Source: a virus
IMG/VR virus record: IMGVR_UViG_3300009506_000015
Coordinates: 11,429 to 75,428 of that record
Length of the DNA: 64,000 nt
Direction: 5' to 3' (one strand)
In this document: in pieces, positions 7,560 through 15,946 of the stretch
Position numbering within the stretch: the stretch's first letter is position 1
Layout: each line of letters begins with the position of its first letter
The notes under the pieces: model-generated
The model's input: the letters and a program-made list of their open reading frames with translations, nothing else
Told to the model about the DNA's origin: nothing
Databases searched by the model: none
Translations under genes and position numbers: made by a program

Positions 7560-7721
7560 CTACCTTTTGCGCTTCGGCTCCGTCTCTTCCGCCTTGGCCT
7601 TCTCGTATTCTTCCATCGCCTTCTCGATATCGGGGATAACTTCGTCCCCCGCCTTGCCAGTGCGGTACTGGTCGTGGATGTCCTCTGCGTCGCGGAGAAT
7701 CCTATCGCTTCTGTTTCCCAT
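7560..7721 (-). CDS. small hypothetical protein (53 aa)
   Basis: MGNRSDRILRDAEDIHDQY...; SD GAGGAGG; below the ORF-track cutoff. Confidence 0.55.
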   Translation of the reverse strand: MGNRSDRILRDAEDIHDQYRTGKAGDEVIPDIEKAMEEYEKAKAEETEPKRKR

Positions 7722-7860
7722 CGTCTTCCTCCTCGAGCGCCCTGCTCAGTTCTTCGCCCAGGTCTTCAAGTTCATCGTAGTGCCTATTCTTGATCCTGCC
7801 CCTGGACGCCTTATCGTTCAGTTGAACGAGGTCTTCTACAATCTGCTGGCTTTTCTTCAT
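7702..7860 (-). CDS. small hypothetical protein (52 aa)
   Basis: MKKSQQIVEDL...; SD GGAG. Confidence 0.55.
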   Translation of the reverse strand: MKKSQQIVEDLVQLNDKASRGRIKNRHYDELEDLGEELSRALEEEDDGKQKR

Positions 7861-7878
7861 GGCACACTCCGTAGGTAT

Positions 7879-7981
7879 GAAAATAGCCCGTCTAGACGGG
7901 CTGCTTGTTAAGATGCGCCTGGTGGGACAGGGCTTGAGGTTCATGGAGTAGCCCTGTCCCGTGGTAGGACGCCCTGCGTTC
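7879..7981 (-). ncRNA. candidate ~100-nt sRNA or attenuator
   Basis: Promoter, then hairpin GGGACAGGGCT/AGCCCTGTCCC, then terminator AGCCCGTCTAGACGGGCT-ATTTT. Confidence 0.5.
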
Positions 7982-7987
7982 ATATTC

Positions 7988-8016
7988 ATTATAACATTTT
8001 GGGCAGAAAGTGTAAA
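7988..8016 (-). promoter_or_regulatory. sigma70-type promoter, phage motif copy 3
   Basis: TTTACA-ctttctGCCcaaaatgt-TATAAT. Confidence 0.8.
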
Positions 8017-8033
8017 TGTCGAGATACGGACGG

Positions 8034-8621
8034 TCATAGCGGCTCTAATTCTGCGATTTCCGCATATACAATATAAGCTCTTTGCGGCAGGCCGTACTTC
8101 TTTATATGCAGGTCTCGCGAATGATCGTAGAACTCCAAGAGCGTGACCGCCCTACGCTTGCCGTCCTTGAATGTGCTCCTTTCGACGTAGTATGCCGGGA
8201 ACTCGTGCGGCACAAACTTTATCCACCACACACTCGACAGGCCGTACCGTTTCCGCAAAGCGCCCACAAAGAAGTCCAGTTCGTACACGTCGTCCACGCG
8301 TATAATCTGGTCTGGCGTTGCGTTGTCCAGCAACCTTACCGATAGAAGCCTTATGGGCTTGCCGTACTTGCTGTCGTAGTATTCCTGCTTTGCCATGTAG
8401 TGCGGCCATTTCGTCTTTCTACCCAACCTGCGGTAGAACGTCTTACAATTCTGAGCTTCGCCTTCGAGTTCTATGAAGTATATCGGGTACGCAAGTCGCT
8501 GTCCTGTTGTGACGCCATCCGTACATCTGCTAGGGTCTTCCAGGCCGGTCCGTCGCTTGATGTAATCTACGTAGGCGTCGTATTCCTTGCTGTCGTAGAC
8601 GACTACAATTCTTTCCACCAT
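8034..8621 (-). CDS. hypothetical protein, two copies of a phage repeat domain
   Basis: RIVVVYDSKEYDAY...YPIYFIE and IIRVDDVYELDFF...FPAYYVE; SD AAGGAGG. Confidence 0.75.
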   Translation of the reverse strand: MVERIVVVYDSKEYDAYVDYIKRRTGLEDPSRCTDGVTTGQRLAYPIYFIELEGEAQNCKTFYRRLGRKTKWPHYMAKQEYYDSKYGKPIRLLSVRLLDNATPDQIIRVDDVYELDFFVGALRKRYGLSSVWWIKFVPHEFPAYYVERSTFKDGKRRAVTLLEFYDHSRDLHIKKYGLPQRAYIVYAEIAELEPL

Positions 8622-8652
8622 AGCTGCCTCCTTTTCTGATTTATCACGCCAG

Positions 8653-8725
8653 TTGCGCGGGCGGGATTCGAACCCGCATATCCAGGCTCATGAAGCCTGT
8701 GCCTTACCAGTCGAGCCACCGCGCA
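8653..8725 (-). tRNA. tRNA with CAT anticodon (Met or Ile2), atypical
   Basis: Full cloverleaf: TGCGCGG/CCGCGCA, anticodon arm CAGGC-TTCATGA-GCCTG, T-arm GCGGG-TTCGAAT-CCCGC; no encoded CCA. Confidence 0.85.
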
Positions 8726-8739
8726 GGTTGTAGGCCCAC

Positions 8740-8922
8740 TTACCTACGTGTTCGCCCCCTAAGTTTATAGGGGTCTTTCCCATTCACATCGAACGGGTCT
8801 TTCTGCCCCAACCGCGACCTGAACGGTTGCGTGAGACCGGCGGATCGCTTTTTCCGCGCACGCCGCTTCTCAGCGCCCCACATGTAAGGCCACGGCCCAC
8901 GGTATTTGTGTGGGATAGCCAT
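8740..8922 (-). CDS. small basic hypothetical protein
   Basis: 60 aa, SD AGGAGGGG. Confidence 0.6.
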   Translation of the reverse strand: MAIPHKYRGPWPYMWGAEKRRARKKRSAGLTQPFRSRLGQKDPFDVNGKDPYKLRGRTRR

Positions 8923-8947
8923 ATTACCCCTCCTAATAACGTGATAA

Positions 8948-9020
8948 TGGGCGCGGCTGGAATCGAACCAGCGACCTGAACCTTATAAGAGCCCTGCTCT
9001 CACCGCTGAGCTACGCGCCC
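8948..9020 (-). tRNA. tRNA-Ile(UAU)
   Basis: GGGCGCG/CGCGCCC, D GCTC/GAGC, anticodon loop CTTATAA, T-arm GCTGG-TTCGATT-CCAGC, discriminator A. Confidence 0.85.
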
Positions 9021-9079
9021 GATGCAAAACAAAAGGAACGCTAGGGCTGCCCACAAGAGCAGCCCTAGCATAAGGACAA

Positions 9080-9253
9080 TCATTCTTCTGCCTTCACCGT
9101 GACTGGTACGGCTACCATCCGCTGGACTTCGTTGCCACACACAGTACACCGCGCCTTGCCGCCCTTGCACAGATTGAACACGCGTTGTTTGTGACCGTAC
9201 TTCTTGTCCTGCCACTCGTGTTCGCACCTGCACGTCATGATGACACTGGGCAT
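9080..9253 (-). CDS. small zinc-ribbon protein (57 aa)
   Basis: MPSVIMTCRCEHEWQDKKYG...RCTVCG; SD AGGAGG. Confidence 0.6.
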   Translation of the reverse strand: MPSVIMTCRCEHEWQDKKYGHKQRVFNLCKGGKARCTVCGNEVQRMVAVPVTVKAEE

Positions 9254-9262
9254 TGTCGCCTC

Positions 9263-9583
9263 CTACGCCAGCATCTTGACTGGCTTGTCGAATACCAGCT
9301 CCCAGAGGATTTCCGCTTGCTGCGTGAACCCGTAGACCATCTGGTACTCTTCCGCCTGGTCCTCGTAGTTGGTCAACCTGCTGATCTTGCAGGTCACTGA
9401 ACCGCACCAACCCTGGTCGCTGATCCGTTCGAGCATGTACGCCGGGTACTCATCTGGGTCTGTCCACTGACTGTTACCATCGGTGTCGTACCTGGCCACG
9501 TGGTCCTCCTCGATGCGCTCCCGGTAGGCGTTCAGCTCTTCTTCGCTTTCCACGACGATCAACCGTTCCGTATCCGAACTCAT
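9263..9583 (-). CDS. hypothetical protein, paralog of the 8034-8621 domain
   Basis: RLIVVESEEELNAY...YPAYMLE. Confidence 0.7.
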   Translation of the reverse strand: MSSDTERLIVVESEEELNAYRERIEEDHVARYDTDGNSQWTDPDEYPAYMLERISDQGWCGSVTCKISRLTNYEDQAEEYQMVYGFTQQAEILWELVFDKPVKMLA

Positions 9584-9588
9584 ACCGA

Positions 9589-9942
9589 TCACCCCCTTTC
9601 CGTTTCGAGTGGTTCTATTTTAGCTTCGAGATATACCGCCGCCGACTCCGGCACTCCATGTTCCTGTATGTATTCCGATGCCAATATGGCGTAATCTCGG
9701 AGCTGTTCTATCCTGACGAAAGCTTTTTGCCATACAACCTCGCCGCCTATTATCGAGCCTTTCTTTTCCAGGTAATATACTGGAAACCTGGATGGTCTTC
9801 CTGCGAAGATCGCCCCTTTGAACGAGATGTCACTGCCAACCTTGTAGTCGTCCAAGCTCGAAGCGCCTACCTCTTCGAGCCAGTAATTGACATATGCGTC
9901 CAGTTCTTCAGCGGTGTTCACTCTTACTAGCCTCGTCTTCAT
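9589..9942 (-). CDS. hypothetical protein, paralog of the 8034-8621 domain
   Basis: RLVRVNTAEELDAY...FPVYYLE. Confidence 0.7.
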   Translation of the reverse strand: MKTRLVRVNTAEELDAYVNYWLEEVGASSLDDYKVGSDISFKGAIFAGRPSRFPVYYLEKKGSIIGGEVVWQKAFVRIEQLRDYAILASEYIQEHGVPESAAVYLEAKIEPLETERG

Positions 9943-9953
9943 CCTGGCCCCCG

Positions 9954-10364
9954 CTAGAATATCAGCGTTTCCTGTTCCTGGCTTTCCTCCTTCTGCTTTC
10001 TGTCAGATATGACAGTTACGTTGAGGGCGGTCAGGTCGTAGCTAGACCTGCACCCACTCGTGTCCTGCCACACGTGAGGAGATTGCTCGCCGTTTTCGGC
10101 GTCGCCGCCGATCTCGCCTTCGACAAGGACCACGCTGCCTTTGGCTACGCGATCATACGCATACTGCGCACGGTCGCCCCAACAGGTAACGCGCCACCAA
10201 GTGGTTAGCGCGTATCCCTGCCCAGCTTCCTTCCAGCCCTTAATCTGCTTCGAGCTGTACTTGCTGGTCGCTACGCTGAACGTCGTCAGCGCCGTTCCAC
10301 TGTTGGTGTACTTCATTTCCGGTTCGCCACCAACGCGCCCTACGATTGTTACTTTGTTAAACAT
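9954..10364 (-). CDS. ssb: single-stranded DNA-binding protein
   Basis: MFNKVTIVGRVGGEPEMKYTNSGTALTTFSVAT...WWRVTCWG...KGSVVLVEGEI; acidic tail ending LIF. Confidence 0.95.
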   Translation of the reverse strand: MFNKVTIVGRVGGEPEMKYTNSGTALTTFSVATSKYSSKQIKGWKEAGQGYALTTWWRVTCWGDRAQYAYDRVAKGSVVLVEGEIGGDAENGEQSPHVWQDTSGCRSSYDLTALNVTVISDRKQKEESQEQETLIF

Positions 10365-10380
10365 ACCATTCTCCGTTTAG

Positions 10381-10567
10381 ACATATAGCGGAGGGCAGGT
10401 CAGAGCGAGTGAGCCTGCCCTCCGCATCAAGAAAGGAGGTGTCCTCTAGGGACCATTGCCTGGGGAGACGCGCACTAACATTGTACCACATATTCATCCC
10501 CCCAGGCGTATGCAAGGAGTTGGCCGGGCTATGTACGGCAGCTACCAGATTTCCGTACACCTTCCGA
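10381..10567 (-). ncRNA. candidate sRNA or structured ssb leader containing an anti-SD sequence
   Basis: Four hairpins after the promoter; CACCTCCTTTCT at 10430-10441; final 12-bp stem 10388-10425. Confidence 0.55.
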
Positions 10568-10573
10568 CACCCT

Positions 10574-10602
10574 ATTATAACATTTCTGGCGCGTTCTGTA
10601 AA
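10574..10602 (-). promoter_or_regulatory. sigma70-type promoter, phage motif copy 4
   Basis: TTTACA-gaacgcGCCagaaatgt-TATAAT. Confidence 0.8.
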
Positions 10603-10617
10603 TGGTGGCGTGCGCGC

Positions 10618-11433
10618 TCACAACGTGCGCAATGACACGTCTATGTCCGGCTGCCCATCGTGGCGGCGCGTTATGTCGATCCTGGCGTATCCCGCGACTG
10701 GCGTCGTACCGCCCCTGTTTTCCAGGTACGTATGTTTCCCGGTGATAGGCATGGATATCACGCCCCACCGCATCTGCGGTTCTTCGTAGCCAGCGCGGTT
10801 CAGGACATCCACACTTTCAGGGAATATCATGCCCCTGTGTGTGTGGGCGACAAGCACCACATCTGCGTTCTTCTTCCAGGTAAGCCGTTGCAGTTTCAAC
10901 GCATCCCCGCCTCTAAGTTCACCTCCGCCCCACCCATGCGTCACGTAGATATCTACGGCATACCTGTATTTCCCGTTTTTATTCCTCAGCCGTACTTTAA
11001 GCCAGCCGGATTGCAGGGTAGAACCAGTATACGGAGCGGACATTCGCTCCGCAATCACCGCCGCGGCGTCGATGTGATACATCTTTGCGGCTTTAGACTC
11101 GTGGTTTCCAGTAACCATCATGGCCCATTTACCTGCCGTCGGTGCCCATATCTTGCAGAATCTAAGGGCCTGTATGTAGAATATGTTATGTATCAGTTCG
11201 GGGACTATGGGGGTTGACAGTTCGTGAGGGTCGAACCTTCTGTCACTTGGGGCTATCGCTTCTATATAGTCACCTGCACCGATGATCATGCCGTATTCGT
11301 CCTCTGCCACTATCTTCGCGAGTCTTCCTTGCTTGTCTTCGCACGATGCCACAGAACCCACGTGCGTGTCGTTTACAGCGTAAAGTCGCAGGACTGGCTT
11401 GTCCCAGTCTATGATGACGGCTTTCCTCTTCAA
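10618..11433 (-). CDS. calcineurin-like metallophosphoesterase
   Basis: DTHVG, GDYIE, GNHE, THG and AHTH motifs in order. Confidence 0.9.
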   Translation of the reverse strand: MKRKAVIIDWDKPVLRLYAVNDTHVGSVASCEDKQGRLAKIVAEDEYGMIIGAGDYIEAIAPSDRRFDPHELSTPIVPELIHNIFYIQALRFCKIWAPTAGKWAMMVTGNHESKAAKMYHIDAAAVIAERMSAPYTGSTLQSGWLKVRLRNKNGKYRYAVDIYVTHGWGGGELRGGDALKLQRLTWKKNADVVLVAHTHRGMIFPESVDVLNRAGYEEPQMRWGVISMPITGKHTYLENRGGTTPVAGYARIDITRRHDGQPDIDVSLRTL

Positions 11434-11446
11434 TGTTCCCTCCTAT

Positions 11447-11480
11447 AAAAATAGGGCATACCGACGTGGTATGCCCTATT
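11447..11480 (-). terminator. intrinsic terminator
   Basis: AATAGGGCATACC/GGTATGCCCTATT stem with TTTT on the minus strand. Confidence 0.7.
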
Positions 11481-11502
11481 CTACAGGATTACGGGATATC
11501 TG

Positions 11503-11787
11503 TCAATCTTTTCCTACGGAACTCAGGACCGACTCCATGAGTTCAAGAGCCTGGTCGAACCAGGGATTGGCGAAGCGGTCGATGCGCTCTTTCGGCGGCA
11601 GGGACTTCCTATCCCTGAACTTGATGGGCGCGACAGCCTGTGCGGCGCTTATGAACCCGCCCTTGTCGAGGATCATCGTCGCCTTGCGGTCCCACGACTT
11701 GTTAGGGTCTTGGTAGATGTCCTTGAACACCTGAGCGAGAGCGCCTATCATGTGGGCTTGAATGAGGGCGATGTCGTCGTCCATCAT
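11503..11787 (-). CDS. hypothetical protein
   Basis: MMDDDIALIQAH..., ATGA overlap with upstream stop. Confidence 0.65.
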   Translation of the reverse strand: MMDDDIALIQAHMIGALAQVFKDIYQDPNKSWDRKATMILDKGGFISAAQAVAPIKFRDRKSLPPKERIDRFANPWFDQALELMESVLSSVGKD

Positions 11788-12272
11788 TCCAGCTTCCTGT
11801 AGCCGCACGCCGGGCAGTCGTTGACGTGTTCTTCGTAGTCCTCGCCGTACTCTTCCACTACTTCGTCGTAGGGTGGCAGGTCGGCCCCGCACGTGCCGCA
11901 CACGCGTGGCTGGATGCGCGTATCGAGTCCCATCTCGCGCACGACCCAGGCCACGAACATGGCTTGTGCCAGGGATGTGATGACGTTGGACAGCACGTAG
12001 TCGTCGTCGTTGATGACGGCGTCATGTACCATCGTGGCCATTTCCACGGTCAAGACGGCTTTCAGGACGGCGAAATTCCCGAATCCTTCCGCTTCTGCCA
12101 GGAACGCGATAGCCTTGCGGGTATCCTTCCTGGTCATCAATTCGGCGGCCAGCGGGTACAGTTCCTCGTCAAGGAATAGCTTCTGAAGCTCGTCCGACGC
12201 GATCAGGAAGTCGTGTTCTTTCATGGTTTCCACGAGTTCGTGGAGCTGTTCTGCGAGTTCTGAACTACGCAT
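11784..12272 (-). CDS. hypothetical protein with C-terminal zinc ribbon
   Basis: CGTC...CPAC; SD AGGAGGG. Confidence 0.7.
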   Translation of the reverse strand: MRSSELAEQLHELVETMKEHDFLIASDELQKLFLDEELYPLAAELMTRKDTRKAIAFLAEAEGFGNFAVLKAVLTVEMATMVHDAVINDDDYVLSNVITSLAQAMFVAWVVREMGLDTRIQPRVCGTCGADLPPYDEVVEEYGEDYEEHVNDCPACGYRKLE

Positions 12273-12645
12273 CGCCCATACCCTCCTGCCACAGCTTGAT
12301 GCACAGACACGTCGCGGCGCGCTCTACAAACACGGTACACTGGATAGCGTTGGAGAACTCCGCGCTTTGCTGTAGCACGGCCAGAGCAGCGGCCTGCGCC
12401 GGTAAAGGCCCGAACAGCGCCTTCACAACGGTCCGGTTCTGGTACGCCGACGTCGTGGAGAGCGGCCTTGCCATCAGGCTAATGACGCCGTCTTGGCTAA
12501 ACAGCTCGTCGTAGATCGGGTACAGAGATTGGTCCAGAAGTATGTCGAGCGACTTCACCAGATCGGGGTCCGAAGCTATGGATTCCTGTTCCATGAGGTA
12601 GTCCCACACGGTCTTGAGCTGGTGCTTCTCTTTCTTTGGTTCCAC
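12265..12645 (-). CDS. hypothetical protein
   Basis: SD GGAGGTG, GTG start. Confidence 0.7.
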   Translation of the reverse strand: MEPKKEKHQLKTVWDYLMEQESIASDPDLVKSLDILLDQSLYPIYDELFSQDGVISLMARPLSTTSAYQNRTVVKALFGPLPAQAAALAVLQQSAEFSNAIQCTVFVERAATCLCIKLWQEGMGDA

Positions 12646-12770
12646 TAGATACTCACCTCCAAGTATATTACACGTTCACAACCTGCGGGCCGAGTCCCTG
12701 GGTTTGTGCAGGTTTGACGTGCCTGTCTCGGTCGTGCCCCCTGCACGTGCAGGGGGCTTTGTGCTACTTT

Positions 12771-14663
12771 TTATATCAGGTCCAGTATGTGCCTGACGCT
12801 GGTCACGACGAACAATTCCGCCATGTCCTGCTCTCCGCCGTCGATTGCCTCGTCAAAGGCCGACTGCTTCGATCTAAGCACCTTAGACATCGTTTCATCT
12901 ATTGTGCCTCGCAGCGCGGGGAATAGCGCCACCACCTGGCCTTTTTGTCCGAACCTCCAAATTCTTCCCAGGGCTTGGATCACGTCCTTGGGCAGCCACG
13001 GTAGGTTTAGGAACACGCCATAGACCGTGTCTGATTCCCCGACGCCACCCTGGAGGTTCATGCCTTCGAACGCGGCGGGTGACAGCAGCAGGACTTTGAT
13101 ATCCTGCCTGGTGTTCCACGCCTGTTGGAGGATGAACCTGCTCTCCTTCGGCACGCTGGAGTCGATGTACGATATGTAGCCTTCCGGGTGCTTGGTGATT
13201 CCTTGCGGGACTAGCTGTTTGTTCCTGACGACCAGGATGTCCAGTTTGTTCTCCTTGCACAGTCGCCTGATGAGCGGTCGTAAAGCGCCTGTCCAGTCCG
13301 AGAACACAACCAGCTTATCGCCGTTACCGATAATCTGGTCGTCAATGAAATTCACCAGCCAATCTTGCTTGGCACCCTTGTCCGAGATAGGAATACTGAG
13401 GTCCGGCGCAAACTCCGGCTTGTGTCCGGCGATGGCGGCGGAGAATTCCTTCGGCGTCATGGTGGTCACTCGCCTGAAGTACATCAACTGCGCGAGTATG
13501 GAACGAATCCTTGTCGGTTCGTACCCATCTTCGCCGTCGTACATCATCAGGAACCCTTCTCGGAGACGCTTGTACAGCGTCTTCTGGTCCGGGGTTGGGT
13601 CCAGCATGACATGTTCGTACTGCGGCTTCGGCGCTTTGATAACTTCCGCACGACGCCAGCGAATCATGCCATACCGCCTCAGTCTGTCGTTCAGTTCTGG
13701 CATATTCCTCTGGTTTGCACCGGAGACATAGCCCCACGAGCTGAACGAACAATACTTGAGCCTGAATTGGTCGAACGACCCCCACGTGGGCGGCCTGGAG
13801 CGGTAGCGTATGGTCAGGGAGTCGACCTTGTCCCTAAAGGGCTTCTGGCCAACCTTGCCCCTATCATACAGCTTGCACGTCTTCTTTCTGGACATCCAGT
13901 GTTCACACCCGTTGCACCCATCGCCGCGCCCTATCAGGTTTCGCTGCTTCCACGATTCCAGCGGGCAGATGCCGTGGATGGGTTCCGGTGGCTTACCCTT
14001 GTACGTCTTATCATACGTGTCGGCGTTGTCGAGCCATGCCACGACGCCCCACAACGAATCAGGTTTGTTCGATAGTGGCGTGCCTGTCAGGGCGACATTG
14101 AACCCGGCGGTGATAGAACGCACGGCGACGGAACGTTTGCGCTCTGACCACTTGATGTAGTGGGCTTCGTCGCAGACTACGGCTAAAAAGAACGGGTGGT
14201 GCCCATCCTTATCTAGCCACTGGAATGTCTGCTGGTGAATCCGAACAAGGTCGTAGTTGACAATCACGAACTTGGGCTTCAGCAGTTTCATGAATTCCAG
14301 TTGTTGGTCCCGTTCGCCAGGGTTGCCGTCGATCACCCAGATATCGGACGGCCTGGGGTTCGCCCATGTCTTTATCTCGTCCAACCAGTTGTACTTGACG
14401 CTGGCTGGCACGATATACAGAACTGGCGATTCTGCGCGTTTGTCCTTCTTCTTGCGCAGATACTCGCGCACCATGTTGATGTAGACGATGGTACTGGGCG
14501 TCTTGCCTGTCCCTACGTCTGCGAACAGCGGCAGCTTGAACCCGTTAAGGTCTTTGCCGCTGGCCTCATAGTACGCTGCCCCTCGCTCCAGGGCGGCTAC
14601 TAGGTCGCGGCGCTGGTACTCGCCACGACCGTCACCGACCAGCTTCTTGAGTATATCGGTCAT
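12771..14663 (-). CDS. SNF2/SWI2-family SF2 helicase/ATPase
   Basis: DVGTGKT (I), VPASVKYNW (Ia), DEAH (II), LTGTP (III), EGMNLQ (V), QALGRIWRFGQ (VI); SD AAGGAGGTG. Confidence 0.92.
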   Translation of the reverse strand: MTDILKKLVGDGRGEYQRRDLVAALERGAAYYEASGKDLNGFKLPLFADVGTGKTPSTIVYINMVREYLRKKKDKRAESPVLYIVPASVKYNWLDEIKTWANPRPSDIWVIDGNPGERDQQLEFMKLLKPKFVIVNYDLVRIHQQTFQWLDKDGHHPFFLAVVCDEAHYIKWSERKRSVAVRSITAGFNVALTGTPLSNKPDSLWGVVAWLDNADTYDKTYKGKPPEPIHGICPLESWKQRNLIGRGDGCNGCEHWMSRKKTCKLYDRGKVGQKPFRDKVDSLTIRYRSRPPTWGSFDQFRLKYCSFSSWGYVSGANQRNMPELNDRLRRYGMIRWRRAEVIKAPKPQYEHVMLDPTPDQKTLYKRLREGFLMMYDGEDGYEPTRIRSILAQLMYFRRVTTMTPKEFSAAIAGHKPEFAPDLSIPISDKGAKQDWLVNFIDDQIIGNGDKLVVFSDWTGALRPLIRRLCKENKLDILVVRNKQLVPQGITKHPEGYISYIDSSVPKESRFILQQAWNTRQDIKVLLLSPAAFEGMNLQGGVGESDTVYGVFLNLPWLPKDVIQALGRIWRFGQKGQVVALFPALRGTIDETMSKVLRSKQSAFDEAIDGGEQDMAELFVVTSVRHILDLI

Positions 14664-14735
14664 AGTCCACCTCCTTGATATTCGACCGCTCACCTTGCCC
14701 TTTGATGCTATCTCAGGGCAAAGTCGGTTGTCGAA

Positions 14736-14975
14736 TCAGTCCATGATTGCCGCTATGACCAGGGCAACCACGGATACGATGGCGAGTATCGTGAATATGA
14801 CTATCGTGGCAGAAACGACCAGTCCGGCGTATATCCACACTGGACTGATCACCCATATCCACTCCCAGTCTATCACGTTAGTCAATTTGAGTCCTACGAA
14901 CAGCACTGTCAGGAGCACGGCCAACAACCCGCCGCACCCTATGGTCCCAGTGGTTGTGGTTCGCTCGTTAGACAC
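14736..14975 (-). CDS. small membrane protein (LKL...IDW.W.WV..P.W family)
   Basis: Two to three hydrophobic segments with a motif common in phage membrane proteins. Confidence 0.75.
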   Translation of the reverse strand: MSNERTTTTGTIGCGGLLAVLLTVLFVGLKLTNVIDWEWIWVISPVWIYAGLVVSATIVIFTILAIVSVVALVIAAIMD

Positions 14976-15177
14976 GACGAGACCTGCCTTTCAGGTGTCG
15001 GAACCCGTTGAGCATATCGACTGCGCCGTGTTCCCGCGCCCACTCGGTTGCCCGGTCCCACCCGTTGGAACGGATCACGCGTTTCAGTTTGTTGCGGATA
15101 TCATGCCGTTCCAGCCAGTACCGCTTCTTCGTTGGCTTCTTCTTGAACCGTCCGAACTGTTTAGGTGCCATCGTCAA
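14968..15177 (-). CDS. small basic hypothetical protein
   Basis: 69 aa, SD GGAGG. Confidence 0.6.
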   Translation of the reverse strand: MTMAPKQFGRFKKKPTKKRYWLERHDIRNKLKRVIRSNGWDRATEWAREHGAVDMLNGFRHLKGRSRRV

Positions 15178-15535
15178 TCGCCTCCAGGTTTAGCTCTCCA
15201 TTTTCAATGGCCTGAATAATGGAGGCCATGAGCGCCCTGCGCCGGTCCCAGGTCTCGTCGTTCAGGTGCCTGTAGACGCCTGACGCGCCGTCCTGCAACA
15301 CGCACACGAGCGCATTGCCTTGCTCTACCTTGTAGAACGTGGCTTCGTAACTGCCAGTGAGCCGCACGAACTGACCGTTTTCCAGGTGGCCCAGTTCGAA
15401 CCACGCGAGTTCGGCCCAGTATGCAGCCTTCTTGTTGCCCAGCGGGACACCCGCCGGTGGTGCTGCGCGTTCTACAAGGCTCCACTTCGCACCGTTGAAG
15501 ACTGTGCTGTTGAAGTAGCCTTGTACTGTATCCAT
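15161..15535 (-). CDS. hypothetical protein
   Basis: SD AGGAGGTG before MDTVQG. Confidence 0.7.
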   Translation of the reverse strand: MDTVQGYFNSTVFNGAKWSLVERAAPPAGVPLGNKKAAYWAELAWFELGHLENGQFVRLTGSYEATFYKVEQGNALVCVLQDGASGVYRHLNDETWDRRRALMASIIQAIENGELNLEAIDDGT

Positions 15536-15560
15536 ACTCACCTCCTGATTATGGGATAAG

Positions 15561-15633
15561 CGGGTCGGGCGGGATTCGAACCCGCAACCTGCGGTTCCAA
15601 GGACCGCTGCTCTACCATTTGAGCTACCGACCT
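15561..15633 (-). tRNA. tRNA-Gln(UUG), atypical
   Basis: Cloverleaf with anticodon arm GCGGT-CCTTGGA-ACCGC; C33 instead of U33, A1xC72 mismatch. Confidence 0.75.
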
Positions 15634-15644
15634 GATTCTTACTC

Positions 15645-15923
15645 CTAGATATCTGTACGTTCTAAGTACAGGCTCACGGACTTTATCTCTTTGCCAGACA
15701 AGTCCGTGGTTGTGGTCAGGACGACGTTCAGGTCGTCACGACCTTCCAATATTTCGCCAATAGCGACCAGCGCCGCAGCTAGGCCGGACTGTGCCAGGAA
15801 TACGCCATCGTCGGCGTTGATGAAGATCACCGCTCCCTGGTCCACAGCGCCCGAATAGTGCGCCGGTTCTATCAGCAGCGTGTCGTTGGTTGTGACTGAA
15901 CGGATATAATGTGATTTTGGCAT
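15645..15923 (-). CDS. hypothetical protein
   Basis: SD GGAGG before MPKSHY; the longer start at 16052 is also possible. Confidence 0.65.
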   Translation of the reverse strand: MPKSHYIRSVTTNDTLLIEPAHYSGAVDQGAVIFINADDGVFLAQSGLAAALVAIGEILEGRDDLNVVLTTTTDLSGKEIKSVSLYLERTDI

Positions 15924-15946
15924 GTGTCCTCCGGTTCTGTCATATT

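Noticed and set aside
10357-10560. 67-aa ORF upstream of ssb
   Set aside because: No well-spaced SD and it runs through four hairpins; an RNA role is more likely, though a short peptide is not excluded.
12736-12757. Perfect palindrome GCCCCCTGCACGTGCAGGGGGC as an operator
   Set aside because: Single copy just after a stop codon with a T-rich flank; better explained as a terminator-type hairpin.
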